Assembly (NCBI GenBank): GCA_963709485.1
Contig: CAVPWE010000005.1
Coordinates: 401,435-465,434 of the forward strand
DNA: 64,000 nt
Source of the DNA: an uncultured delta proteobacterium
Lineage (GTDB): Bacteria; Desulfobacterota; Syntrophia; Syntrophales; Fen-1087
Direction: 5' to 3'
The position numbers and the translations under genes were made by a program. The number at the start of each line of letters is the position of its first letter. The first letter of the stretch is position 1. Under the pieces are notes generated by a model. That model was not told where the DNA came from, ran no database searches, and saw only the letters and a list, made by a program, of their open reading frames with translations. Shown piece after piece: positions 18,935 to 28,766 of this stretch.

Positions 18935-19497
18935 TTTTCCCGGTCCCCGATGATCCACATCACCGCATCGAGAATGTCTCCGGCGATAAAATCCGGCCGC
19001 AGCGGGAAAGATGAATGCTCACTGCCGTAGCCCGTTCTCACCAGAATGGCCTTCACCCCGGCTTTCCGGGCCGCTTCGATATCCTTGGGCATGTCGCCGA
19101 CCATGTAAGAGCCGGCCAGATCGAGGCCCATCTCCTCGGAAGCCCGGATCAGCAGACCGGCCTCCGGCTTTCGGCAGGGGCAGGAGACCCGGTAGATGCC
19201 CGTTCCCTCCGTGGGGTGATGGGGACAGTAGTAAAACCGGTCGATGCAGGCCCGCCGATGCCGGAACATCTTCTGCATGCGGGCATGCACGGATTCGACA
19301 AAATCCTCGTCGAAATACCCTCTCGCCACACCGGACTGGTTGGTAATGACGACGGCTTTCATGCCATTCCGATTGATCAGCCGGACTGCCTCATAGGCCC
19401 GGGGGAAGATCTGCAGCTTCTCGAGGCTGTCCAGATACCCGACCTCCTCATTGATGGTCCCGTCACGATCCAGAAAAACGGCAGTCTGTTTTTTCAT
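18931..19497 (-). CDS. gmhB: D-glycero-D-manno-heptose 1,7-bisphosphate phosphatase (HAD-IIIA)
   Basis: AVFLDRDGTINEE (DxDGT), CPHHPTEG...CPCRKPEAGLL and MVGDMPKDIEAARKAG. Confidence 0.85.
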   Translation of the reverse strand: MKKQTAVFLDRDGTINEEVGYLDSLEKLQIFPRAYEAVRLINRNGMKAVVITNQSGVARGYFDEDFVESVHARMQKMFRHRRACIDRFYYCPHHPTEGTGIYRVSCPCRKPEAGLLIRASEEMGLDLAGSYMVGDMPKDIEAARKAGVKAILVRTGYGSEHSSFPLRPDFIAGDILDAVMWIIGDREK

Positions 19498-20570
19498 TCC
19501 AGGAGCCCTCTGGCTGCGTCGCAGACATCGTCAACGCCGATCATGTCCATGCACCGGAAATCGGTGGGACAGGTCTGCTTGAGACAGGGACTGCAGGACA
19601 CCGGTTTGTGGATGATCACGACACGACGGCCCACCGGAGCAGTCGTAACCGTGTTTGTGGATCCGAAAATTGCGATGGTCGGCACGCCCAGCGCCGCCGC
19701 GACATGCATCAGGCCGGAATCATTGGAAACGAACAGGCGGCAGCGGGACATGAGGGCCATCGCCTCTTTCAGGCTGGTCTGTCCGGCCAGATCATGGAGC
19801 GGCAATTTTGCATACTGCCGGACCGCCGCAGTGCTGTCCCTGTCCCCGGCGCTTCCAAAGAGGATGGTCTGCACCGGAAACGCATCCATCAGCCTGTCTG
19901 AAACTGCCGAAAAACGCTCCGGAAACCATTTCTTCGCCGGCCCATACGCAGCGCCCGGCGCCATACCGACCAGCGGACGGTCTTTTTCCAGCCCAAAGCG
20001 CTTCATCAAAGATTCGGCAAGGACTTCGGTCTCCCGTCCCGGTTTCAAATGAATGTCCGCGCCGGATGTGCTGCAGCCAAGCGCTTTGACCATCTCCAGA
20101 TAATAGCCGGTCTGGTGAACTTCCCGAACGGCCCTGGTCCGCCGGACGGAATGGGTCAGAAGCGGTCCTCGCGCATCACTGTCATATCCCGCCCGCACGG
20201 AGATGCCGGCCAGCCAGGCGATAATGGCCGCTTCAATGGCATTCTGAAGGAGGATGGCCGTGTCGAAATTTTTTTTCCTCAGTTCCCTGGCGAGCCGCCA
20301 TTTGCCCGGCACGCCGTCATGAACACCCGGACTCTGAAACAGCATGATCTCATCAACATCCGGGCAGAGATGGAAAAGTTCCGCCACCCATGGCTTTGCC
20401 AGGATCGTAATTCGCGCGCGAGGAAAGGTCCGGCGAATGGCGGATATGGCGGGAAGCGTCATGACCGCATCACCGATCCAGTTCGTTCCCCGAATCAGGA
20501 GATTCCGTCCTTCCTTAAAGGGCCTATCTGCGGAAATCCGCACATGCATGGGCCACAACCTCAAAATCAT
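19494..20570 (-). CDS. GT9 family glycosyltransferase (heptosyltransferase, WaaF/WaaC-like)
   Basis: LIRGTNWIGDAVMTLPAISAIRR and SNDSGLMHVAAALGVPTIAIFGSTN. An alternative start at ATG 20549 has a GAGG upstream. Confidence 0.85.
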   Translation of the reverse strand: MILRLWPMHVRISADRPFKEGRNLLIRGTNWIGDAVMTLPAISAIRRTFPRARITILAKPWVAELFHLCPDVDEIMLFQSPGVHDGVPGKWRLARELRKKNFDTAILLQNAIEAAIIAWLAGISVRAGYDSDARGPLLTHSVRRTRAVREVHQTGYYLEMVKALGCSTSGADIHLKPGRETEVLAESLMKRFGLEKDRPLVGMAPGAAYGPAKKWFPERFSAVSDRLMDAFPVQTILFGSAGDRDSTAAVRQYAKLPLHDLAGQTSLKEAMALMSRCRLFVSNDSGLMHVAAALGVPTIAIFGSTNTVTTAPVGRRVVIIHKPVSCSPCLKQTCPTDFRCMDMIGVDDVCDAARGLLE

Positions 20571-20615
20571 TCAAAACCGGAGTCACGACAAGGCCGGGAC
20601 GGCGCCCGGCATGTT

Positions 20616-21548
20616 TCACCGGCTTTCACCGGGTGTCAGGATCCTTCGGTGATGAGAAGAATCCTGTATCTGGCAGACCTTGGTTTTCCATCGCTGATGC
20701 ACCCAGAACCACTGTTCGGGATATTTCCGCACCATTTCTTCAACAATGCGGGTGAACTTCTGCGTATTGCTGATGACATCCAGGTCGCGGTCGCCCGTGC
20801 GGATGATCTCCACCTCTTCCCCGACGATCAGTCTGTATTTTCCATTTTTCACCCTGACCGTCATCCCCGGAATGACCGGCGCCCCCGTATGGAGCGCAAG
20901 CAGGGCCAGCCCGTTGCTTGTGGCGGCCGGCCGGCCGAAAAAATCGACAAAAACACCCTCCTGCCAGGCCATGTTCTGGTCGATCATGAGACCGACAATT
21001 CCGTTTTCTTTCAGGTGACGGATGATGGGCCTCATGGCAAGCGTTTTGTCCAGGGGAATGTTGCCCGTCGCCGACCTCACCCAGGTGACCAGGTTTTCGA
21101 GGATCGCGCTGTCCAGGGTCCGGTAGACCACGGCCATGGGCTTCAGCAGCAGCGCGACAGCGGCGGCTTCCAGTTCCCAGTTTCCAATATGGGCGCCGAA
21201 AGTAAGGAGCCCCCTGTTTTTTTTCAGAGCGTTGATGCAGTGTTCCAGGCCTTCAATCTCGACCCGATCTTCGACATTTTTTTGATTCAATGAGGGAATA
21301 TCAAAAAATTCCGCGGCGATGATTCCCATGTTGCGGTATGAACCCTTTGCAATCCGGATGATTTCGGACATGTCCTTCTCCGGAAAGGCGCAGGTCAGGT
21401 TATGGATGGCAATGAGACGCTGCTTTGCGGCAAGATGGTAAAACATCCTGAAGCAACCCGCAAAAAGAGCGATCCGCACCCTTGTCGGCATCAGCCGGAG
21501 ACCGCCCAGGATCAGGCTGGTTGTTTTCCTTTTACGGACCATAGCCAC
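20616..21548 (-). CDS. lipid A biosynthesis late acyltransferase family protein (LpxL/HtrB-like)
   Basis: HX4E-type motif GAHIGNWELEAAA; 310 aa; located between the GT9 gene and lpxK. Confidence 0.8.
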   Translation of the reverse strand: MAMVRKRKTTSLILGGLRLMPTRVRIALFAGCFRMFYHLAAKQRLIAIHNLTCAFPEKDMSEIIRIAKGSYRNMGIIAAEFFDIPSLNQKNVEDRVEIEGLEHCINALKKNRGLLTFGAHIGNWELEAAAVALLLKPMAVVYRTLDSAILENLVTWVRSATGNIPLDKTLAMRPIIRHLKENGIVGLMIDQNMAWQEGVFVDFFGRPAATSNGLALLALHTGAPVIPGMTVRVKNGKYRLIVGEEVEIIRTGDRDLDVISNTQKFTRIVEEMVRKYPEQWFWVHQRWKTKVCQIQDSSHHRRILTPGESR

Positions 21549-21598
21549 AGCAGAGAAAATTCAATGCCACTTCATACATCCGCGGTTGCGGGTACTCC

Positions 21599-22720
21599 TC
21601 ATTCACCCCTGTCGGCATGGGTTGTCTCCTCCCGATGATCCAGTTTTCCGAGAAGCCACTTCTGAAAAGCCTCCTCGTTCGGGACGATTTCCATGGCGAT
21701 CCTGAGGAAGAAAACCTTGCTGAGAAAAAAGGGGAAATCCTCCAGGTGCACACCGTCCTTTTCCGTCGTCACGATCATCGAAGCCGCTGAACCGGCTGCC
21801 GCCTGCGCAATCCGGTCCAGGTCCTCCCTGCAATAGCGGTGATGATCGGGAAAGGCGAGATAACAGCCCACGTCCGCGCCAAGTGCATTCAGGGTTTTAC
21901 GGAAAGATTCCGGGGCGCCGATCCCGCTGAAAGCGCAGACCCTGGTTTTTTCTAAAAGGCCGAGCGGGAATATCTGTCCTGTCCCCCCCTGACGGATGTC
22001 TTTCGGCCGCCGGATACCCCGGAATGAATGGATTCCCGAAGGAATCCTGCTGTCAGGGGGAAAAGACTGCGCGCGCCCGTCATCACTGTCTGTGGCGACG
22101 ATCAGGTCCGCCCTGCGAAGAGCGGCCGGCGGCTCACGCAGGGGACCGGCCGGCAGCAGGAAGCCGTTCCCGAAAGGTCTGGAGCGGTCCATCAGGAGAA
22201 TATTGATGTCTCTGGCAACATGGCGATGCTGGAAACCGTCATCGAGAATCAGGATGTCGGCGCCCAGTTGCCCGGTGGCCAGCCTTCCCGTGAGAATCCG
22301 GCTGGCGCCGGTCAGGACGGCCGTGCCCGGGCTTGACCTTGCGATCAGAACCGGTTCGTCTCCGCCGTCGGCATGACCCATCAGGATCCTCTTGCCGTCG
22401 GATACGACATTTACCGCCGACGTTGCCCGGCCCCCGTATCCCCGGCTCAGCACGGCAGGATGATATCCTTTTTCCCTGAGAAAATTTGCCAGCATGATCA
22501 CCAGGGGCGTCTTCCCCGTACCGCCGACGGTCAGGTTGCCGACACTGATGACCGGGCTTTTCATTTTTTGCTGTTTGCGTAAACCCAGATCGAACAGGCC
22601 GTTTCTCAGAAAGACGGCCGATCGGTAAAGCAGCGAAAAAGGCAGGAGAACAAAAAGAAGAAGCATTCCCCGGGCGGTCCGCTTTTCCTCATGCCATAAT
22701 TGTCGCAATGCCATCTCCAC
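21599..22720 (-). CDS. lpxK: tetraacyldisaccharide 4'-kinase
   Basis: VISVGNLTVGGTGKTPLVIMLANFL P-loop, followed by SRGYGG. Confidence 0.9.
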   Translation of the reverse strand: MEMALRQLWHEEKRTARGMLLLFVLLPFSLLYRSAVFLRNGLFDLGLRKQQKMKSPVISVGNLTVGGTGKTPLVIMLANFLREKGYHPAVLSRGYGGRATSAVNVVSDGKRILMGHADGGDEPVLIARSSPGTAVLTGASRILTGRLATGQLGADILILDDGFQHRHVARDINILLMDRSRPFGNGFLLPAGPLREPPAALRRADLIVATDSDDGRAQSFPPDSRIPSGIHSFRGIRRPKDIRQGGTGQIFPLGLLEKTRVCAFSGIGAPESFRKTLNALGADVGCYLAFPDHHRYCREDLDRIAQAAAGSAASMIVTTEKDGVHLEDFPFFLSKVFFLRIAMEIVPNEEAFQKWLLGKLDHREETTHADRGE

Positions 22721-22888
22721 CGTACCGACCCATATTGAAATCCTTCACGGAAGGGATATCGGCTGTCTTTCGAATCGTCTTCCTCGTTGCGGCCGGCGTT
22801 CCGAAGCGAATTCTGCCGGTTCGGCATATCCGCGCACTGCGCCTTCGTCGTGACTGCAGGGCCGCCCCGGATTGGAGACGCCCGGGAT

Positions 22889-24619
22889 TTACGCCGGCTC
22901 GTTGTTTTTAAACTGCATCTGATAAAGCCGGAAGTACTCGCCCTTTCTGTCAAGCAAGGCGTCGTGGGTTCCCTCTTCCACAATCTCGCCGTTCACCAGG
23001 ACGACGATCCGGTCGGCATTCCGGATTGTGGAAAGACGGTGGGCAATCACCAGCGTCGTTCTTCCCTTCATCAGATTTTCCAGGGCTTCCTGAACCTCGA
23101 TTTCCGCCTCCGTGTCCAGGGAGGAGGTGGCCTCGTCAAGCACCAGAATGGGGGCATCCTTCAGGAGCGCCCGGGCAATGGAGATCCGCTGCCGTTCGCC
23201 GCCGGAAAGCTTCGTCCCCTGCTCGCCGATGACCGTATCGTATCCCCGGGGAAGGTTCATGATGAAGTTGTGGGCATTGGCGGCTTTTGCCGCCCGAATC
23301 ACATCCGCTTCGGTCTTTCCGACATCCCCATAGACAATGTTGTTCCTGACCGTATCGTTGAAAAGAATGGTCTGCTGCGTGACCATTCCGATCTGGGCAC
23401 GCAGCGATTCGATGGTGACGTCACGGATGTCCCGGCCGTCAATCAGGATCTGTCCTTCTGAAACATCGTAAAACCGGGGAATGAGATTGACCAGCGTGGT
23501 CTTCCCGCCGCCGCTCATCCCCACGAAAGCCACTGCCTCGCCGGCCCGGACGGTCAGATTGATCCGATTCAGAACCGGCGCATCTTCGTAGCGGAACGTG
23601 ACGTTCCGGACCTCAATCGCTTTCGATATCGCCGGCAGGGGAACCGCCCCGGTTTTATTCTGTATTTCCGGAACGGTATCGATGATGCTGAATACGCGCT
23701 GGGCGCCGGCGATGCCCTGCTGGATCGTGTTGTTGACATTGGTCAGGCGCTTGATCGGCTCATAGAGCATCAGGAGTGCCGTGAGAAAAGAAAAGAAGGT
23801 GCCCGGTGTGGACACGCCCTGGATGACCTGGTAGCCGCCGTAGAAAACAATCGCGGCAATACCGACACCGCCCAGAAATTCCATAAAAGGACTGGAGATG
23901 GCGCTGATCGATACGGACTTCAGGGTCAGCCTCAGAAGGTTCTCGTTTTCCTTTGAAAACCGGCTGCATTCGTAATCTTCCCTTCCGAAGGCCTTGACGA
24001 TCCTCGCGCCCGAAATCGTCTCCTGCAGAAGGGTCGTCAGCGTTCCCATCGTCACCTGGGTCCGGGTCGCCACGCTTCTCATTTTCCGGCCGAAGGTCGC
24101 GATGGGATAGATTGTCAGGGGGAAGATCACCATTGCCACAAGGGCCAGTTGCCAGTCCCTGTAAAAAATGACAAAGATCAGACAAACCAGGGTAAACGAA
24201 TCCTTCAGAAGGCTGGTCACCGCCTCCGAGACCGTCCCCTGCATGGAACTGACATCGTTGGTGATTCTTGACATGAGAATCCCCGTGGGATTCTTCGTGA
24301 AAAAGGACATCGATTGCTTCTGGATGGCCCGGTAAAGCTGGTTGCGCACATCGGCAACAACACGCTGGCCGATAAAGCTCATGAGAATGATCTGAACGTA
24401 ATTGCACAGTCCTTTGACCATGTAGATCGCGATGACGGCGATGGGAATCCACTTCAGCATCAAAATGTTTTTTTTCATGAAGATGTCGTCGAGGGCGGGT
24501 TTGACCAGAAAAGCCAGGGTGGAGGTCAGACCTCCGACGACCAGCATGCAGAGCATGGCCAGGAAGAACTTGGGAGCATGCGGTTTGGCGAGCTTTACAA
24601 GGCGTTTATAGATGTCCAT
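22889..24619 (-). CDS. msbA: lipid A export ABC transporter (permease/ATPase fusion)
   Basis: N-terminal 6-TM domain. Walker A GMSGGGKTTL, signature LSGGERQRISIARAL and Walker B ILVLDEATS. The gene lies in a lipid A context. Confidence 0.9.
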   Translation of the reverse strand: MDIYKRLVKLAKPHAPKFFLAMLCMLVVGGLTSTLAFLVKPALDDIFMKKNILMLKWIPIAVIAIYMVKGLCNYVQIILMSFIGQRVVADVRNQLYRAIQKQSMSFFTKNPTGILMSRITNDVSSMQGTVSEAVTSLLKDSFTLVCLIFVIFYRDWQLALVAMVIFPLTIYPIATFGRKMRSVATRTQVTMGTLTTLLQETISGARIVKAFGREDYECSRFSKENENLLRLTLKSVSISAISSPFMEFLGGVGIAAIVFYGGYQVIQGVSTPGTFFSFLTALLMLYEPIKRLTNVNNTIQQGIAGAQRVFSIIDTVPEIQNKTGAVPLPAISKAIEVRNVTFRYEDAPVLNRINLTVRAGEAVAFVGMSGGGKTTLVNLIPRFYDVSEGQILIDGRDIRDVTIESLRAQIGMVTQQTILFNDTVRNNIVYGDVGKTEADVIRAAKAANAHNFIMNLPRGYDTVIGEQGTKLSGGERQRISIARALLKDAPILVLDEATSSLDTEAEIEVQEALENLMKGRTTLVIAHRLSTIRNADRIVVLVNGEIVEEGTHDALLDRKGEYFRLYQMQFKNNEPA

Positions 24620-24669
24620 GGCATTGCGTGCATTGGCGTGTGGGTTCCCCTGCCGATTGAAACGGCGGC

Positions 24670-25854
24670 CTACAGCAGATCACAGGCAAGGCGGGCCGCT
24701 CTTTCCGACGCCCCGGGGCTGCCCAGTTTCTCCCGGATCCGGTTCAGCTCCTTTTTGATCCCCAGCATCCGCGCTTCATCCCCCAGGATGCCCATCACCT
24801 CCGCCGCGATGCGGTCCGGGTTGGCATCTTTCTGGATCAATTCGGGAACAATGGTTTTCCCGGCGATGAGGTTTGCCAGGCCGATATGCGTCACGCTGAT
24901 GATCTTTGCCCCGATCCGATAGGACAGGGGGGACACCTTGTAAATGATGACCATGGCGGTCCCCAGCAGGGCGGTCTCCAGCGTTGCCGTGCCGGACGCA
25001 ACGACGGCAATGTCGGACACGCCGATGACATCGTAGATATCGTTCAGGACGACGCTGACCGGAACGGATTCCCGCCGGATCATTGCATCCACAGACTCCC
25101 TGTCCAGCCCATCCGCCAGGGGGAGGATGAACTGAACGGGCGGCCCGCTCCGCATCAGGATTCCGGCGGCCTTCAACATCACGGGGAGCAGCCTGGCCAC
25201 CTCTCCTTGCCGGCTCCCGGGGAGCAGCCCGACCGTCGTGATCCCCTCTCGAAGTTTAAATTTCTGCAAAGCCTCCGGACGCGGGTATTTTTTTTTCACC
25301 ACATCGAGCAGAGGGTGTCCGACAAAGGTGACGTCCATGTCGGCCTGCCGGTAGAACTGCTCCTCAAAAGGCAGGATCACCGCCATCTTGTCCACAATTT
25401 TTCTGATTTTGCTGATCCTTCCCTTCCGCCATGCCCAGATCTGAGGGCTGATGTAATAAAAGATCCGGACGCCGCTTTTTTTCGCGGCTTTCCCCAGCAG
25501 AAGGTTGAAGTCCGGGTAATCGATGAGGATCAAAAGCGCCGGCTTCCGCTCTTTCAGGGCCTGCTTCATCCGGCGCATGACACCCAGGATCATCCCCAGT
25601 TTTCCGGCGACCTCCGTCAGGCCGACCACGGCCATATCGTCCGAATTCGCCATCAATTCGACCCCGGCATCCTTCATCTTCCGGCCCCCGATGCCGTAAA
25701 ACAGGAGCGTGGGATCGATGCCGTGCATGGCCTTGACCAGATTGGACCCGTGAAGGTCGCCCGATTGTTCGCCGGCCACGATCATGATTTTCCTGGGATT
25801 GAAGGAACCGCCGGCTGTCATGTCACAACCGGATTTGCGTGTTTCAAGTGGCAT
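24670..25854 (-). CDS. lpxB: lipid-A-disaccharide synthase
   Basis: KIMIVAGEQSGDLHGSNLVKAM; 394 aa. An alternative start is ATG 25821. Confidence 0.9.
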   Translation of the reverse strand: MPLETRKSGCDMTAGGSFNPRKIMIVAGEQSGDLHGSNLVKAMHGIDPTLLFYGIGGRKMKDAGVELMANSDDMAVVGLTEVAGKLGMILGVMRRMKQALKERKPALLILIDYPDFNLLLGKAAKKSGVRIFYYISPQIWAWRKGRISKIRKIVDKMAVILPFEEQFYRQADMDVTFVGHPLLDVVKKKYPRPEALQKFKLREGITTVGLLPGSRQGEVARLLPVMLKAAGILMRSGPPVQFILPLADGLDRESVDAMIRRESVPVSVVLNDIYDVIGVSDIAVVASGTATLETALLGTAMVIIYKVSPLSYRIGAKIISVTHIGLANLIAGKTIVPELIQKDANPDRIAAEVMGILGDEARMLGIKKELNRIREKLGSPGASERAARLACDLL

Positions 25855-26938
25855 GGTTGATGACGTCGGTGATCTGCCGGATCTCTTCCTGCTTCAATTC
25901 CGGAAACATGGGAAGGGAGAGCACCTCGCCGGCGCAGGCCTCCGCACAGGGCAATTTTTCTCCGGCCGTCCCGCAATCCGCAAAGACTTCCTGCCGGTGC
26001 AGGGGAACGGGGTAGTATATTGCCGAAGCGATCCCCTGGTCGTTCAGAGACGCCATGATCCGATCCCGGCATTGCGAGCGAAGGGTAAACTGATGATAGA
26101 CATGATGGCATTCGGGCTGCTCCCGCGGCAGGATGACATCCTCCCGACTGATGCCGGCCCGATAAAGATCCGCGTGCCGGCGTCTTGCTGCGTTGAACTC
26201 GCCGATGTGCCGGAATTTGATGCGGATGATCGCCGCCTGTATTTCATCAAGGCGGCTGTTATAGCCCAGCATGTGATGGTGGTATCTCAGCTTGCTGCCG
26301 TGGTTTCGCAGCATTCGGACATGCTTGATCGTTTCTTCGTCCCGTGTGATGATCATGCCGCCATCCCCGTAGCCGGCGAGGTTCTTGCTCGGGAAAAAAC
26401 TGAAGCAGCCGCAGTCTCCCATGGTGCCGGCCTTTTTCCCGCGATAGTCGGCGCCAAAGGCCTGTGCGCAGTCTTCGATGACTTTCAGGCGATGTTTTCG
26501 GGCCAGTTCGAGAATGGGGTCCATGTCGGCCGGATGGCCAAAAAGGTGTACCGGAATGATGGCCCTTGTTTTTGCCGTTATTTTTGCCTCAATTTTTTCG
26601 GGATCGATGTTGAACGTTTCCGGGGAGATATCGACAAAAACGGGGGTCGCCTGAACGTGTGAGATCACCTCGGCGGTGGCGATAAAGGTGAAGGGCGTGG
26701 TGATCACCTCATCCCCCGCGCCGATCCCGCAGGCCCGCAGGGCCAGCAGCAGGGCATCGGTTCCGCTGGCCACACCCGCCGCGAAGGGAACGCCGTGATA
26801 GGCGGCCACTTCGCTTTCCAGGGTTGAAACTTCCGGTCCGAGGATGAACTGCCCCTGATTCAGGACGCTCCGAATGGCCTCCTCCATTTCGGTTTTCAGG
26901 TTTTGATACTGCCGCTGCAGGTCGACCATGGGGATCAT
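25844..26938 (-). CDS. gnnB: DegT/DnrJ/EryC1-family PLP aminotransferase, GnnB-like (UDP-3-keto-GlcNAc transaminase)
   Basis: DegT-type sequence (GVASGTDALLLAL, FSFFPSKNLAGYGDGGMIITRDEE). The gene sits between lpxA and lpxB next to a Gfo/Idh/MocA oxidoreductase. Confidence 0.75.
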   Translation of the reverse strand: MIPMVDLQRQYQNLKTEMEEAIRSVLNQGQFILGPEVSTLESEVAAYHGVPFAAGVASGTDALLLALRACGIGAGDEVITTPFTFIATAEVISHVQATPVFVDISPETFNIDPEKIEAKITAKTRAIIPVHLFGHPADMDPILELARKHRLKVIEDCAQAFGADYRGKKAGTMGDCGCFSFFPSKNLAGYGDGGMIITRDEETIKHVRMLRNHGSKLRYHHHMLGYNSRLDEIQAAIIRIKFRHIGEFNAARRRHADLYRAGISREDVILPREQPECHHVYHQFTLRSQCRDRIMASLNDQGIASAIYYPVPLHRQEVFADCGTAGEKLPCAEACAGEVLSLPMFPELKQEEIRQITDVINHAT

Positions 26939-27888
26939 GATACTTTTTCCTGAGACATTTTGATTTCGTCTAAAACACGCAATGCCGTTGCAAGCACCCG
27001 CCTGCCCTCGCCGGCCGGAACGGGAGCCGGGGTCCCCTGGACGACAGCATCGACAAAAGACCGGATTTCCTCTTCCAGGGGGTCTTTCTGAACGATTTCG
27101 ACCTGATTCTGAATGATTTCAATCTGGCCTTCCGCTTTTTTCACCCTTTGGAGTGAAAGCAGGTCGCGCTTCGCAAAATCCACGGCATGGTATCCCTCCA
27201 GTCCGAAAAAACGGATCTTCTGCATGGTCTTGACACTGATCCGGCTGGCGGTGATATTGGCTGCGCAGCCATTTCGGAAACGGAGGCGGGCGTTGGCAAT
27301 GTCCACCTTGTCCGACAGAACGGCAGTTCCCACCGCATCGATGTCCTCCAGGGGCGAATCGACAAAATGCAGGATGATGTCCAGGTCATGAACCATGAGA
27401 TCGAGGATGACATCCACATCGGTCCCCCGCTCGAAAAAGGGATGAAGGCGGTGAGATTCGATGAACAGGGGCCGCCCGATCACTTCGTGGAGGGCGACCA
27501 CCGCCGGATTGAACCGCTCCACAAAACCGATCTGAAAAACGAGCCTGTTCCGATCCGCCAGCGCGATCAGTTCATCGGCCTGTTCGAGCGTTTCCGAAAT
27601 CGGCTTCTCCAGGAGGACGTGCACGCCTGCTTTGAGAAAATCCCCGGCAACGGCGTGATGGCACTGGGTGGGTACGGCAATGCTCACCGCGTCCACGGCG
27701 CCGATCATTTCCCGGTAATCCGTCAAGGCCCGGCAGCCATGAAGCGCTGCAGCCCTCGCGGCACGCTCCTCCACGACGTCGGCTGCCCCGACGATTACAC
27801 AATGATCCAGTTTGGCATATTTCTGCAGGTGATACCGGCCGAGATGGCCTATGCCCACCACGCCGATTCTGACTTTTTCCATATTCAT
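26935..27888 (-). CDS. gnnA: Gfo/Idh/MocA-family oxidoreductase, GnnA-like (UDP-GlcNAc 3-dehydrogenase)
   Basis: Start moved to ATG 27888 (MNMEKVRIGVVGIGHLGRYH Rossmann motif). 4-nt overlap with the gnnB start. Positioned directly after lpxA. Confidence 0.75.
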   Translation of the reverse strand: MNMEKVRIGVVGIGHLGRYHLQKYAKLDHCVIVGAADVVEERAARAAALHGCRALTDYREMIGAVDAVSIAVPTQCHHAVAGDFLKAGVHVLLEKPISETLEQADELIALADRNRLVFQIGFVERFNPAVVALHEVIGRPLFIESHRLHPFFERGTDVDVILDLMVHDLDIILHFVDSPLEDIDAVGTAVLSDKVDIANARLRFRNGCAANITASRISVKTMQKIRFFGLEGYHAVDFAKRDLLSLQRVKKAEGQIEIIQNQVEIVQKDPLEEEIRSFVDAVVQGTPAPVPAGEGRRVLATALRVLDEIKMSQEKVS

Positions 27889-27992
27889 CCTGTCTGCATT
27901 TTCATGTCGCCTCACGCCCGTCGGTTTGATGGCATGGAGAAAGGCGGAAACCGCTTTCGCGACGCCGCTTCAGAGAATTCCAAGGATGAGGT

Positions 27993-28766
27993 TTATCTGC
28001 AGATTCCCCGCTTCGATTGCTCGATAAATTCGACAAAGTGTCTCACTTCAGGACAGTCCTCCACTTCATTCCGGACCTTTTCAAGGGCCGTACGGAGCAG
28101 CAGTGACGAGCGGAAAATCAGGCGATAGGCTTCTTTCAGGGCCCGGATGGTGCTTTCCTTGAAGCCCCGGCGCTTCAACCCGATGAGATTGAGCCCGTGG
28201 GGTCTGGCGCGGTTGCCCGACACCAGCAGATAGGGGGCCACATCCTTCGAGATCGCGGAAGCCCCGCCGATGATGCAGTGGGCGCCGATTCGCGTGAATT
28301 GGTGGATACCGGTCAGGCCGCCGATGATCGCGTAGTCTTCAACATGAATGTGTCCGGCCAGATTGGCCGCATTGACCATGATGACATGATTCCCCAGTTT
28401 GCAGTTGTGCGCGATGTGGGAGTACGCCATGATCAGATTGTGGTCGCCGATGATCGTGACACCGATGTCCGAAACCGTTGCCCGGTGGATCGTTACGAAC
28501 TCCCGAATGGTATTGTCATTCCCGATCACGACGCGGGTGGCCTCGCCCCTGAATTTGAGATCCTGTGGCTGGACGCCGATCGAGGCAAACTGAAAGACAC
28601 GGCATCTTGCGCCGATATCGGTATGGGCCTCAATGACCACATGGGAACCGATGACGGTATTCTCCCCGATGTGCACATCGGGACCGATCACCGCATAGGG
28701 ACCGATCTCAACCCCGTCCGCCAGTTCGCAATCCGGCGAGATGATCGCCGTCGGATGAATTTTCAT
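27993..28766 (-). CDS. lpxA: acyl-ACP--UDP-N-acetylglucosamine (or UDP-GlcNAc3N) acyltransferase
   Basis: Start moved to ATG 28766 ([28 protein letters not shown]), an ATGA overlap with the lpxD stop. Hexapeptide repeats throughout; 257 aa. Confidence 0.9.
   Translation of the reverse strand: MKIHPTAIISPDCELADGVEIGPYAVIGPDVHIGENTVIGSHVVIEAHTDIGARCRVFQFASIGVQPQDLKFRGEATRVVIGNDNTIREFVTIHRATVSDIGVTIIGDHNLIMAYSHIAHNCKLGNHVIMVNAANLAGHIHVEDYAIIGGLTGIHQFTRIGAHCIIGGASAISKDVAPYLLVSGNRARPHGLNLIGLKRRGFKESTIRALKEAYRLIFRSSLLLRTALEKVRNEVEDCPEVRHFVEFIEQSKRGICR

Noticed and set aside
548-25860. Other long shadow ORFs in the first half of the window (548..1429 -, 2942..4264 -, 7803..9173 -, 10201..10965 -, 11069..12058 -, 17498..19030 +, 19015..20052 +, 20049..21293 +, 24886..25860 +).
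   Set aside because: Same reasoning: low-complexity Arg/Pro/Gly-rich translations, no start-site context, and each fully overlaps a well-supported gene on the other strand.
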